DNA of 64,000 nt from positions 39,618,001 to 39,682,000 of the forward strand of contig NW_027361775.1 of the NCBI RefSeq assembly GCF_039654945.1. Direction: 5' to 3'. Below the pieces are notes generated by a model. The model saw only the letters and a list, made by a program, of their open reading frames with translations, was not told the DNA's origin and made no database searches. Each line of letters starts with the position of its first letter. The first letter of the stretch is position 1. This DNA comes from Dendrobates tinctorius. Taxonomy: Eukaryota. Position numbers and translations under genes: made by a program. Positions 11,560-24,779 of the stretch are shown here, piece by piece.

Positions 11560-13059
11560 ATTTCTACTCTGGGGAAACTGATTTCACTTTATTGGTGTGT
11601 GGCAATACGTTTTTGAATTGTGGAGACTCATGCTTGGGTTGATGCACATTCCTTGTCTGGTGCATATTGTTAATTTGTTCATGCAGATATTCCTCAAAAA
11701 TTACCTAGATAAGTCTGATCTGCTTGTGAAAGTGCGGGCAATATGTGCACACTTTCAGTGTTCTTACTCTGCTGCTGCTCGCCTGTCTGTGTTGCAGCAT
11801 CACTTTTCTCTTCCTGCTCACCACCTCATATGCAATGTATCAACAAGGTGAAACTCCACTCTGCATATGCTCTATAGGCTGTGTGAGTAGTAGCAGGTAA
11901 TTGTAGACTTTCAGCTGCAGCACTCACGGGCAAGTCGCTCTGCAGAACAACCGCACTTCACTACCAATGACTGAGCATCCATGCAAGTAGTGTGTGCCAT
12001 CTTGTGCTGCTTTGAGTATTCCAGCAACATGGCCAGCCCTAATGACACCATCATCAGCGCTATGATACCAATTGTCTTCTGGAAATGACACTACATGCAA
12101 TGATGCATGAGGAAGTGGGAGAGCAGAAAGAGGAGCAGGAGGAACAGTGACCATTTGCAATGTTATCAGGCCTGTCTTGAAGACAAGCATACAGTCAGTG
12201 GTCAGTTTTGGAGAATGAGGAGAAGGAACAACAGTCATGTTCACAGCAGGGTGGCTCTCAGAGCACCTCACAGGCATCACTACATCACTAAAATGTGAAT
12301 GGAGTTATAGTCAGGACACAAAGGATACACCTCCCACTGCAGAAAGCCTGTGGTTGCCTCTGGGCAGTCTGGCACAGATAATTCAATACATGCTGCATTG
12401 TCTGCGCAATGACAGCTGAGTTGCCCGTATTGTCACCAATTCAAATTACTGAGTTGCCACTCTGCTGGATCCCTGTTGCAAGGACAGCGCACCATCATGG
12501 TTTCTGTTACTGGAGTGGGATCGAGAAATGCATCAATGCAAGAACGGGCTGATAAAAAACTACTATTGGCTTTCCCACCTGACAGCAGTGGATCTGTGGA
12601 ACCTCAACCAGATGCAGACGAAGAAGTCGACCACACTGCTCTGGCACCACCACCACCTCAAAAGGTAGGGTAAGCATGGCTGCAATGTGGCAAAATATAA
12701 TAAGCATGCCACAACATGCAGCACCACCAAGTGATACTGCCCGCATCAGGAGGCAGTGTTTTCACAACATGGTGGAAGAGTATGTGTCCATACATATTCA
12801 CGTACTAACTGATGGGTTTGTCCCATTTAACTATTGGGTGTCAAAATTGGACACATATCCAGATCTTGCCATGTATGCATTGGAGGTGCTGGCCTGCCAT
12901 GTAGCAAGTGTCATACCAGAGTGTGCCTTTAGCACTACAAGTGGGATCATCACAGAGAGGTGCATACATCTGTCCACAGACAACATGTGGAAGATAACAT
13001 TCCTAAATATGAACAATGTTTGGATTCCAAAGGACATGAGTGTACCTTTGGCTGACTAG
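11560..13059 (+). pseudogene. Degraded hAT transposase
   Basis: HIPCLVHIVNLFMQIFLKNY...HHLICNVSTR*NSTLHML...PFNYWVSKLDTYPDLAMYALEVLACHVASVIPECAFS...MNNVWI. Colinear with the ORF at 6-2096 but with many stops and frameshifts. Confidence 0.9.
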
Positions 13060-13080
13060 ACAATTATACCAGCCATTTCA

Positions 13081-13725
13081 TGCCATGGTTGCACTATATT
13101 TTTATGATGGACACCGTACCAGACTCACCACCAGAGACTGCGTGTCCAGGAATGTGCTGGGGAACCTCGGGGGGTCCTACTGAGATGTGTGAGCACAGAT
13201 GGGAGTGTGCTGCAGGTGAACAGGACCTGCAGCACGTGACCACCGGAGGAGTGGCTGGAGGCGGAGCAATGCCGCGGACTGCTGAGGACGATGGCGGGAC
13301 AGGCATGCCTGTAGGAGTGTCAAAACTAGCTGAGGTCAGAAGCTACAGAACAGCGCGGTAACCAAAGGGACAGATGAGTAGAGTGGTCAGAGTCAAGCCG
13401 GGGTCGGAATATAGAGCAGTACCAGAAGGACAAGTAAGGGGACGTAGCCAAGGTCAAAATCAAGAGTGTAGCAGTGTAGCAGACAGAGCAGAGTCAACAG
13501 GCAGATAGAAAACGAGGAACAGACCTGGTCATTCACAGGCAAACATACTAAAACAGGCAATGCGCACAGAAATACAGGGGTCAGCTGCCCAGTCAAGAAC
13601 AGATGTATAACTGACAACCAGCACAGCCCCGGTTGCGGGTAGATATAGCCCTCCCCGACCAAAGAGAGGCCACATAGTATTAACCCTAGAAGTACTGGCA
13701 AAGGACTCCTAGGCAAACCATGACA
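13081..13725. mobile_element. Probable solo LTR
   Basis: Terminal inverted match TGCCATGGTT...AACCATGACA (TG..CA). GC-richer block with abrupt boundaries. TSD not clean. Confidence 0.55.
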
Positions 13726-13899
13726 ATTTTGCATTTGTTTAATTTTGTTGAGTTGCAAAATTTAAACAAGCAAAAAGGAAAAACTAATACAGTGTTGGCC
13801 AACTCCCCCTTTTCTATGTATACCTCATAAAAAACAGCCAAGGGAAAGCAGACAGCTGGGAGATGAGCGGTTGCACTATGCCATAGCTCAGCCATGCAG

Positions 13900-14690
13900 C
13901 TTAAATATAGCATATCGTTTGACATATGGATCGTTGGACAGGTGAGGAATGTAGTGTTTTTTTAATTTTTGTAAATAAATGGATAAAAGATGGTTGGGGA
14001 GTTTTATTTCAAATAAAGGACTTCATTCTGGCTGTGTCTTTATTAAAATATGACTTGTAGGTTAGTAATGGGGGCCTTTCCATTACTAACCCCTGGGCTT
14101 AGCGGCCATAAAATAAAACAGCTGACATCAACTCAAAACCTATTGCATCATTTGTTGCCGCATCAGGGCAAATAGGAAGAGCAGAGGTTAAGTGCCAGAA
14201 TTGGTGCATCTAAGGATGCACATTTATGGGGTGGCTGAGATATACTGGGGGACACCACATCATTTTTTGGGAGTGGTCTCCCCTATAATAACCTGTAAAG
14301 TTTAAGCAAACAGCTAGGAGCTGATTCTAATAGCTTCCAGTCGTTGGCTTTCCCTCAGCTGGTTATGAAAATTACAGGTGACTCCACACCAGTGTTTTCA
14401 TTAATTTTTTTATTTATTCAATAAATACATTGTCCAGTAAAATGCACTATATCACACTGACATCTTTATTATAATGCGCAGGTGCCGACTGATGAGAGTA
14501 CTATTTTCATAAATGTTGCCTGATTTCACTTGTATCACAGAGAGCAGGTATACACGGATGAGAGTAGTAATACTCTCATCATCCTTTCAAAACACTGGAT
14601 GTTCGAGTCCCAAATTCATTCTGGTACCCAAACCAAGCTTTTTTAAAAAGATCCGCTGGACCCGAACATCCATGGGTTCGCCCATCACTA
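13900..14690. mobile_element. Old hAT-type terminal region / MITE remnant
   Basis: Ends in GGGTTCGCCCATCACTA, whose reverse complement TAGTGATGGGCG is the same TAG-G/A-ATGAGCG TIR type as the other hAT elements here. The left boundary is approximate. Confidence 0.5.
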
Positions 14691-15786
14691 GTGGAGGTTC
14701 ATAAGTGGGGGCTTCCCATATGTTAGAATTCTTTTCAAGTTGCTGGAGGACCAACCAATTAAATTGTGCAGGCTATGCTATTGGAAAAAAAAATCTGGGT
14801 AGACACTGGCACACATTGAATAGGAATAGCTCCACTCCTTTAGCACATGATATTGAACCAACTGTTCATGTGGAGAAAGTAAACTGATTAACAAGATGAA
14901 CAAGGCTCGCACTGTCCTCTATCCTCTTTCTGGTAATTAGTTTGTACTCACTTGTAGTTCCTTGTCTTTGTCACAAGCCCATCATCCCCACCTATTGCTT
15001 TCCATACACTTCTTCCTCTATCTCTGTTGTTTCGTCAGTTCTCATTTAGTGTGTCCAAGAAATAAATTGAAATTTTACTCCCATATGTGCAAGTTCACTA
15101 CAAATAATATCAAATCCCATGGATTGTATTGCGTTTTGCAAAATAATTGCATGTGTTTAAGCTCAATAGAAGAAATGTAGCCACCATTATCTATCATACC
15201 AAAAAGCCATCTGTGCCAAGTGTGGGCACAGAATCTTTTTAGCCAAAATTTACAGTATGGTATTACATGCATCAAGTTTTTCAATGCAACAATCTTACTT
15301 TTTTTTCTAATTTTGAAGGATTATTAAATATTATTGTGACTTTGGCTTTGAATTTTTCTGGTAGCACTCTGATGAGGATTGTGAGATAAGGTAAAAATGT
15401 TGAAAATTATTAAAACCAAGATACATCAAACTTCAAAAGTGATTTTTTTTTTAAATTCTAAAATGTTCCCAAAATTGTCCAGTCATTTTTGCGGCAGTGG
15501 AATGGGCATATGAGCAGGGAAATCTGTTCCATTTTGCACAGCAAATGGTTGCTACCATATGATTGACCAGAAGAACTTTTCCATTACCTGCAAATTCAAC
15601 ACTTCTACTTTTGTGCGGTCCCTGCACATGGCAAATTGTCAGAAAGTGCAAAACTGCTGAAAATTATCCAATCAAAAATCTTTAAATTTCATGAGTGAGA
15701 TTTAAAAAAAAGTTGCCGTTTTCCAAATCGGTAAAGCTTTTACACGGCGGATGGTTGCCAATAGCATGGATGACAAGGTGCAACTA

Positions 15787-17392
15787 CAGTGGGGCAAAAA
15801 AGTATTTAGTCAGTCAGCAATAGTGCAAGTTCCACCACTTAAAAAGATGAGAGGCGTCTGTAATTTACATCATAGGTAGACCTCAACTATGGGAGACAAA
15901 CTGAGAAAAAAAAATCCAGAAAATCACATTGTCTGTTTTTTTTTCATTTTATTTGCATATTATGGTGGAAAATAAGTATTTGGTCAGAAACAAGCAATCA
16001 AGATTTCTGGCTCTCACAGACCTGTAACTTCTTCTTTAAGAGTCTCCTCTTTCCTCCACTCATTACCTGTAGTAATGGCACCTGTTTAAACTTGTTATCA
16101 GTATAAAAAGACACCTGTGCACACCCTCAAACAGTCTGACTCCAAACTCCACTATGGTGAAGACCAAAGAGCTGTCAAAGGACATCAGAAACAAAATTGT
16201 AGCCCTACACCAGGCTGGGAAGACTGAATCTGCAATAGCCAACCAGCTTGGAGTGAAGAAATCAACTGTGGGAGCAATAATTAGAAAATGGAAGACATAC
16301 AAGACCACTGATAATCTCCCTCGATCTGGTGCTCCACGCAAAATCCCACCCCGTGGGGTCAGAATGATCACAAGAACGGTGAGCAAAAATCCCAGAACCA
16401 CGCGGGGGGACCTAGTGAATGAACTGCAGAGAGCTGGGACCAATGTAACAAGGCCTACCATAAGTAACACACTACGCCACCATGGACTCAGATCCTGCAG
16501 TGCCAGACGTGTCCCACTGCTTAAGCCTGTACATGTCCGGGCCCGTCTGAAGTTTGCTAGAGAGCATTTGGATGATCCAGAGGAGTTTTGGGAGAATGTC
16601 CTATGGTCTGATGAAACCAAACTGGAACTGTTTGGTAGAAACACAACTAGTCATGTTTGGAGGAAAAAGAATACTGAGTTGCATCCATCAAACACCATAC
16701 CTACTGTAAAGAATGGTGGTGGAAACATCATGCTTTGGGGCTGTTTCTCTGCAAAGGGGCCAGGATGACTGATCCGGGTACATGAAAGAATGAATGGGGC
16801 CATGTATCGTGAGATTTTGAGTGCAAACCTCCTTCCATCAGCAAGGGCATTGAAGATGAAACGTGGCTGGGTCTTTCAACATGACAATGATCCAAAGCAC
16901 ACCGCCAGGGCAACGAAGGAGTGTCTTCGTAAGAAGCATTTCAAGGTCCTGGAGTGGCCTAGCCAGTCTCCAGATCTCAACCCTATAGAAAACCTTTGGA
17001 GGGAGTTGAAAGTCCGTGTTGCCAAGCGAAAAGCCAAAAACATCACTGCTCTAGAGGAGATCTGCATGGAGGAATGGGCCAACATACCAACAACAGTGTG
17101 TGGCAACCTTGTGAAGACTTACAGAAAACGTTTGACCTCTGTCATTGCCAACAAAGGATATATCACAAAGTATTGAGATGAAATTTTGTTTCTGACCAAA
17201 TACTTATTTTCCACCATAATATGCAAATAAAATGAAAAAAAACCAAACAATGTGATTTTCTGGATTTTTTTTTCTCAGTTTGTCTCCCATAGTTGAGGTC
17301 TACCTATGATGTAAATTACAGACGCCTCTCATCTTTTTAAGTGGTGGAACTTGCACTATTGCTGACTGACTAAATACTTTTTTGCCCCACTG
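15787..17392 (+). mobile_element. Full-length Tc1/mariner (Tc1, DD34E) transposon
   Basis: ~207-bp near-identical TIRs (15787-15993 and 17186-17392) starting CAGTGGGGCAAAAAAGTATTTAG. TA TSD on both sides. Length 1606 bp. Confidence 0.97.
16154..17176 (+). pseudogene. Tc1 transposase (340 codons) with one in-frame stop
   Basis: Paired-like HTH N-terminus, WSDE...HDND...SPDLNPIE triad. ORFs 16154-16768 and 16790-17176 are in the same frame and separated only by TGA at 16766-16768. Confidence 0.95.
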
Positions 17393-18211
17393 TATATGCT
17401 CCCTGCAGAGTCAACTGTTCGCCATGTTTATGGCTTCTGCTCAGAGTAGGTCAGAATGAGAAAGATTGTTTCCAAAATTATTAATCCAAAATTCTTTGAA
17501 TCCCTTAAATTTTCTGTCTAAAAAAGATAAAAAAAATTTCTAAATTATTAAGAAATATTTTGGGCTGGGGAATTAGAGTATTAAAAGGGAAAAACAAGTT
17601 TCTTAATAAGTGAAACTTTTGCACAGTGGACAGTTGCCAGCTGCATACAAGACTAAGGCTGGTTTCACACTAGCGTTTGTTCGCACAGCGCATCGTGCGC
17701 TATCGGGCACACGCGCAATGTTCCCCTATCTTTAACATGGTGGTCACAGGGTCTTGCGAATGTACGCGCTCATCAGCGTTTAGCGTGCGCTGTGCATTTT
17801 ACAGGTGTGCGCCCAGACGCGCCGTACGCTACGTGTTGCATTTTTTGTTCCGCCTACTCAGCGTGCACCTAAAAATAGCATTACAGTCTATGTGGTCGCT
17901 AACGAGCGCTTGGCAGCTCGCACGTCAGCGCCTTGTGCGCGCACGCGATTTGAGTAAACAATGTCTAGACACTTGTCTAAAACTCCCCCTAAACAAGCAA
18001 CATTGTTTGGGAGGCGCGTAGATAAAAGAAGGTGTCTTCAGGGACAATTACTCTACAGACAGCCGTGCAGAGAGCAGACAAGAGCCTAGAAGAGCCTTCC
18101 AAGTGTGGATTCAAGCTTCAGGAGCCAAAATGTGAGTATTCTTCAACATAATGTCTGTGTGTCCTGTACAATTTTATAATGTACTAATGTATTTTTTGCT
18201 TTCATTTCAGC

Positions 18212-21010
18212 ATGTCTTCTTCTGGATCGGTGTATTTGCCATCTCGGCAAGAACTGGCCCAAGCTGATCATGAGGTGAGAATCTTGCTGCCTTTGGGTAA
18301 GTATATCTGCCTCTAGAAATGTGTTTTAATTTTTTCTTTCTTTACAGACATCGGACATGGGCACTGAAGATGAAGTGCGGGAGCAGTCTGCGCGGGAGCG
18401 GTCTGAGCGGGAGGATTCTGAGCGGGAGCAGCGTAGTCAAGTCGTGGCGAGGAGACGCAATGTTAGTATATATTTTTTTTTCTGTCTTTATTTATCTTGC
18501 TTTTTCTCTGTTTCTTTTTGCATCTGTTTCATTTTCCAAAATTCAAAACATTCTAATATTATTTTTTCTAGGTTCCACAATGGGATGACAAAGAAGTAGT
18601 ATACATCGACAACAAGCACCTGATCCGCCTCGTTGAGGAGCGTATCCTGTTGTCGGACAGCCATGACCAGCAGTACAAAGACACAATGGTGACCCGGCAG
18701 CTCTGGAATGAGGTGGCCGCAGCGATGATGGATGGCCGGGACAGCGCCTCTCCAAGTTCAAAAAGGGCGTTCAGTAAGTATAAAGATGCTCTGTGATACT
18801 GCAGTGATTTTTGGACCTGATGGTGCTAATGTGTTTTTTGCAAGATATATTCTTGCATTAAACACATCAATGCCTTGTGGAATACATTGATTGATTTTTG
18901 TCTTCAACTGCTGCATTGATTTATGGTCCTGATGGTGCTGGTGTTTTTTTGGCAAGATATATTCTTGCATTAAAAACACCAATGCCATGTGGAAAACAGT
19001 GATTGCTTTTTCAACTGCTGTCTTGATCCAGTTTTCACTCTTGCTCCGGATGATACTGTTGTTTTCGCTGCTGCTACATATATTCTAGCAGGAAACATAA
19101 CAGTGTCCTCAGGATCAACAGTGACTGCATTGTGTCTAGAATTTTATTTGTGCTGCAGCATTGACTGTTTGCAAAGTTCTATCTGGTGTGTGTGCTGATA
19201 ATTAAGTTGCCTTAAGTGCATTTTCTAATTTTTTTTTTCCCAACAGTGAACAAAATCCGCACACGTTGGCGCTCGATGAAGGACCGCTTCAACACTGATG
19301 TTCGTGCTGAGAGACAGGTCCGGAGTGATTCAGCGGCAAGGCGCAGAAGAAAGTACCACTATTATCGAGAGTTGGCTTTCCTGAGACCGATCCTTGCCAG
19401 CAGAGTGTAAGTTTTTTTTTTTTTTTGGTTTGTTATTACTATGTGCTTTTCAATTCCACAGGTGATGCTTCTTGTAAATACATGATTCTAATGTTTTCCC
19501 TTTCTTTCCACAGCACTTGGAGAAGCACCCTGCAACCAGTCCCGTGAGCAGTTATTCATCGATCGACCTCGGACCCATCCCAGCCATCCGACAGCCAGGA
19601 AGCATCTTGCAGGTCAGGAACACAGATAGCTGGTGACCAGGAAGCTGGTCCATCAGGTGTTCCCCTGTCCCAGGTCTCTATCACTGGTTATGCGGGCACT
19701 ACCCGTCAGCGGCAGAGGGCCTCAGACAGGCCTGTCATGCCCGAGTTCATGCTCTTGAGCGAGGCCTTTAAGGGCAGCCTCAAGGCACTGTCCACCAGAA
19801 TGGAAAGCGGTTTTTCCCTGATGGAACATGGTTTTAACCACATGGAACACTGCTTCCACTCTGTTGACCAGCGCCTTGACCATCTGGAGGCTGACCTCAA
19901 CAGACCAGCGCACCATTTTTTCATTAAAATTGAACAGGGCATGGCGGAACACCTTAGTCCTGAGCCACAGCTGAGTGTGTTACAGGCCTGCAACACTGCT
20001 TACTTGCAGGCTATGCAGCAGAATTGGTATGTTCAGCAGTCAGTGGTGTCATTTCCAACAGTTCCACCGCTGACTCGCTTCACCACACTACCGACTTCTG
20101 CTGCATACCACTGCACGGCCAACTGCATTCCCAGCAAAGCCGGACACCACTACACCACCCCAAGTCTGAATGCTGCTGGACACTCCTCCGCTACCACCAC
20201 TATGGCAAGCGCTGCTCCTGTATGGAGCACCACCACCGCCACAGCACCACCAGCTTGGAGCCAAACCACCACAGAACCTGCTTGGGCCACAGACACCACC
20301 AGTCAACACCAAAGGAGCACCGCCAGCACTCCTCAGCAACAGAGCACCGCCAGCACTCCTCAGCAACAGAGCACCGCCAGCACTCCTCAGCAACAGAGCA
20401 CCGCCAGCACTCCTCAGCAACAGAGCACCGCCAGCACTCCTCAGCAACAGAGCACCACCAGCACTCCTCATCAAAGGAGCACCGCCAGCACTCCTCATCA
20501 AAGGAGCACCACCACAACTCCTCATCTTAAGATCACTGCCACCAATACTCCTCGTCGGAGTCCCCCAAGAACTTTGTCTGAGATCCCAGACAGGCAGCCT
20601 CCTGCTCGGAGCACCGACCCAACTTTCTCCCCTTCTAGGAGCACCGCCACTGCTACTTCTAGCAGCACCGCCACCACAGAGCAGCAAAGGGGTGATCCGC
20701 ATTCCCTATTTTATGGGGCAACGCCACAGTCCACCATCACCAGGCGGTCGACCAAAGTAAGGCGGTCACAGGCTGCAAGTTGGTCTGGGCAGGATAATCC
20801 TGCGCCAAAGGAAAAAAAAAAAAAACTTTGTTCGTCCATCCACCCTCTACTCCTAATGTGTCTCAACATGCCTCCATGTCCATTCCAGAGCTCCCTTCCC
20901 CCAGTACTTTTGTCGCCCCTTCTCCTAGAACCCCTTCCTCAACCTCCAGTTGTTCCTCGTCTCTCCACACACTCAAAGTATCCCAATCTTCCCCCAAACG
21001 TCATTCCTGA
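18212..21010 (+). pseudogene. Harbinger Myb/SANT-like (MADF) DNA-binding protein gene, multi-exon, disrupted
   Basis: GT-AG exons at ~18212-18273, 18348-18461, 18572-18774 (LIRLVEERILL...RQLWNEVA), 19247-19406 (KIRTRWRSMKDRF...YHYYRELAFL) and 19513-~21010 (BESS-like PAHHFF...QLSVLQAC, then a low-complexity S/T/P tail). In-frame TGA near 19545, probable poly-A slippage near 20812, AATAAA near 21040. Exon limits are approximate. Confidence 0.8.
20313..20526 (+). repeat. 27-bp coding tandem repeat (STASTPQQQ)n, ~8 copies
   Basis: AGCACCGCCAGCACTCCTCAGCAACAG repeated in frame within ORF 19737-21140. Confidence 0.95.
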
Positions 21011-21148
21011 TAAAAAAGTTTTTTTTATTTTTTGTTACAAAATAAATGTGCAATTGTGCTTTCAAAATATTTGGATTGGTTACTGTGTCAATCGCCGACT
21101 ACACACACTGCGCCATACACACACTGCGCCGTACACTTAGCGTTTTTG

Positions 21149-21893
21149 CCACCAGATATCTCCATTACTGAGACATGTTTCTTGTGTCAGTCTTGGAGAC
21201 ATGTGTTGTCAACGAAACAAATCTATATGACTTGTCTTTTCAACAACAGTCTCTACATTGTTGTAATATTGCACAGACTGTATCCAGCAGAGTTCCACAA
21301 CTCTAGTCCTCAAGATACACCATCAGATCATGTTGTATGGAATCCTCTTTTTTTGTGCTCTTGTGAAGCAGTTAGCAACGGAGCTATGGATACAACATGA
21401 TCTGTTGGTGGACCTTGAGGTGTTGAGTATGGGAACCCTGCTGGATTCAGTCTGTGCAATATTACTAGAATGTAGAGACTGCTGTGGAAAAGACAGCTCA
21501 TATAGATATGTCTTGTCCAAAAAACAAAACCAATCTACATGACTTGTCTTTTTCACAGCAGTCTCTACATTCTTTTAATATTGCACAGACTGGATCCAGC
21601 AGGGTTCCCCAACTCCAGTCCTCAAGGTCCACTAACAGATCACGTTGTATGGAATCCTCTTTTTTTGGGCTCTTGTGAAACCGTTATCAATGGAGATATG
21701 GATTTCATTACAACATGATCTGTTGGTGGACCTTGAGGAGTGGAGTTGGGGAACCCTGCTGGATACAGTCTGTGCAATATTAAAAGAATGTAGAGACTGC
21801 TGTGAAAAAGACAAGTCATGTAGATTGTTTTTTTTGACAACACATATCTCCTTGACTGACACAAGAAACATAAGTAATGGAGATATCTGGTGT
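21149..21893. repeat. Alternating-orientation (forward/reverse/forward/reverse) array of ~150-190-bp units
   Basis: Outer ends CACCAGATATCTCCATTACT / AGTAATGGAGATATCTGGTG are perfect reverse complements. The core CAGTCTCTACATT..AATATTGCACAGACTG..TCCAGCAG is forward at ~21248 and ~21560 and inverted at ~21440 and ~21758. Confidence 0.9.
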
Positions 21894-22678
21894 ATTGCAC
21901 ACACTAAATTATGGAAGGGTTCCCCAGCTACAGTATTCAAAGCCAACAAACAAATCATGTTTTTAGTAATTCCATTTGAGTTACAAAAAAAAAAAGGAAA
22001 CATGATCTGTTGGTTGACATTTAGGACTACATTTTGGAAACCGTGGCATAGAGGATGGTTTTGAGTGCAAGGCATATCTATTGTTACCTTGCCTTTTTTT
22101 TTCCGTTCGCATTTAACTATTAGAGAAAAGGCAAGGAACTATAGATATACCTTGTAAATAACCACATACTCTATTACGTGTTTGTGGAAGAAACACATTA
22201 CTGATGGTGAAAATAAATGTTATATATTCTTCCCAAATAGCCTGACTTTGCATCACTATCACACCTGGACAGGTGAATTGATTTTGAACCTGCAGCGTTG
22301 CTTTAACTCTCCATATATTTTGCAGAAGAGTGTAGTGATGCTGCAGTTTAATCAGTATTGTAATGGCCATTTGTGATAAGTATTCAGCATGACACAAGGC
22401 CTGGTTATTTTACCTGACACAGTTGTATTATCTCCACCATCGCTGTTAATTGAACACACTGTAGAGATTATAAAAGGTTACACAACTTGTGTGTGTAATG
22501 TCACCTACTCAGGAGTATTAGTGAATTCATGATGCACAAAACACAGCATCATAAATTCACTGATACACCTGGCTACTTGCTAATGGTATTGGGAGTGTAA
22601 AAACAGAGAAAGCACTTAGTACAGGTATCAAACCAGTTTTTTTTATTAACATACCAACAACATGCAATAAAAATTTTT

Positions 22679-24143
22679 TTACACCATTTGCTCTTGCCAT
22701 TCCACCTGTCCTCCACCTGAGTTGAAGTAGGCCGCAAATTGGTCCCTCATTTGGCCAACTTCGACGGATAACCTGAGAGGGTGTTGTGTAAATTCAGGCA
22801 ATGGATTAGAAGCAACATCATCAAGATCTAAGTTTGGGTGCTCTCGAGAAATTACAAAATTATGTAGAACAACACAGGCCTTGACCACCTCATCCACTGT
22901 TTCCAGTTTAAGATTAATAGCTGTGCCAAGAATGCGCCATCTAGACACAAGTATACCAAATGCACACTCTACTGTTCTTCTGGCCCTGGTGAGCCTGTAA
23001 TTATCAATTCTTTTGTGGAGGTCCATGTCCCGGCTGGAGTAGGGTTTGAGCAGGTTTTGGCACATCTGGAACGCTTCATCACCAACCTTTACAAATGGTT
23101 GTGGCGGACCTTCGGTGTGGGGAAGAGGCCGTGGCATGGGGGAATTGAAGTTGTTGCCATACAACCTCCTGCCCATGTCTGAGGTCTTAAAAGCCTGGGA
23201 GTCATTCCCACGGCCAAATTCCCCAATGTCCACTGCAATAAACATACAGTCTGCATCCGCAATGGCCATGAGTACAGTAGAAAAGTACTTTTTGTAGTTA
23301 TAGAACTCAGAGCCTGTTCTTTTGGGCTTGATAATCCTGATGTGTTTCCCATCCACCGCTCCCAAACAGTTAGGGAAATTGCATACAGTCCAGAATCTGT
23401 CGGCGATTTCCAACCACTTTTCTACTGTTGGCATGGGCATGAATTCGGGACAAAGAACGTTCCACAAAGCCCGGCAGGTGTCCGCTACAATTCCAGACAA
23501 CGTGGAGATTCCAATCTGGTACTAGAAGTGCAGTGACGAGAGGGTCTCTCCAGTAGCCAGGAATCTGTGACACAAAGAATACAAAAAAATTAATGTTTGT
23601 GTATACGTAATTTTTTTACACATGTTAAATTAAAAAAAAAAAAATCTGCAGCTTTTGGTTCAATACATGGCATCAAAAAATTATGGCAGCCTTTAGTTAT
23701 TAATGACATGGCAGAACTGTAATTCTGCCTGATTTGGAAGAGTACATGTCACAACCAAGAAAAATCAGCAGGCATTGGTTTAGCAAAACTACGTACCTTA
23801 ATGTGACCAGGTGCCGTTCCTCAGGAGTAATCGCACGCCAGAGCTGCGTGTCCTGTCTCCAGATGACTTCTTTTACCCGACCAAGCAAATAGTGAAAGGT
23901 TTCTTTGGTCATCCGCGTATAATCCGTAAATTTCTCCGGGTTTGCCTGGAGCTCGCTGTAGAGGGTGTGGTACGCTCCACAACTCACCTGGAGTTCAATA
24001 AAGGGATGTATCCACAAACGCCGCCGCTGCCATCTTCGATGCCTCTCTCTCTCCCTCTGTTCATGGCAAGCAACAGCATAAGCCTGAGCCATCCTCATGT
24101 CCAGATCCAAGTCAAAGCCAAAGCTCTTCCAGCGCAGATCCAT
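22679..24143 (-). pseudogene. Harbinger DDE transposase (HARBI1/ALP1-like), 2 exons, one nonsense codon
   Basis: Exon 1 24143-23797 (MDLRW...LWIHP...DTQLWRAITPEERHLVTLR), GT-AG intron 23796-23565, exon 2 FLATGETLSSLHF*YQIG...GAVDGKH...VGDEAF...RARRTVECAFGIL...CVVLHNF. TAG at 23524-23522. Confidence 0.92.
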
Positions 24144-24779
24144 GTTCCTCAAGTCAAATGCAAGCAAATGTGAAGAATTTAGCTGTAAACAGGGGCCATA
24201 TAAAGAATTTCCATAAGACACGCCCACTGCTGTCCCATTGGTGAAGTGTGTTGCAAGAATTTTTCAAGGATTTTTTCTCCAGTTTATTGCGCATAAAAAA
24301 TGCAAATGCATGAAAAACGCTTACAAACGCATAAAAATGCTGCAATTTTTTTGTAGTTATGTGCACAATAATGCTACAAAAAACGCAGCGTTTACAAGCG
24401 TTTGTATGTGCTTTTGATGTGCGCTTCATGTGCTCTCCAACCGCAGTGCAAAAAAACGCTAGTGTGAAACTAGCCTAAGTGACCACTATGCATTTCCAGC
24501 AGGGTCAAAACTTCCCCTGCTCAGGACAGGTAAAAAAAAAATATCAGTAATGGATAAATTGTTTACAATTGTTTACAATGTTAAAACCAATATTCTTTTA
24601 ACTCCATAAGTGCAATTTTATTTCACAAAATAATAAATTTGACAGCTATGGCAGCAGGAGCACCAATTACAATATATATGACATGATGGACGAGATAGTG
24701 CCAGTCCAAAAACTGATGCACATCTATAAACAGAGTTGTTCCATCTGAAAAGCCAGGTTCAAGCTCACCTAGAAAGTAA

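Larger units (their letters stand above)
17657..24475. mobile_element. Full-length PIF/Harbinger transposon
   Basis: TIRs GGCTGGTTTCACACTAGCGTTT / AAACGCTAGTGTGAAACTAGCC, 3-bp TSD TAA (17654-17656 and 24476-24478), and two convergent genes (MADF and DDE nuclease). Confidence 0.96.

Noticed and set aside
14945-15050. Possible minus-strand host exon ending at a GTGAGT donor
   Set aside because: No polypyrimidine acceptor, stops upstream in frame, and no recognisable protein similarity.
22679-23500. Host HARBI1 gene
   Set aside because: It is inside TIRs and a TSD with a partner MADF gene, and it carries a nonsense codon.
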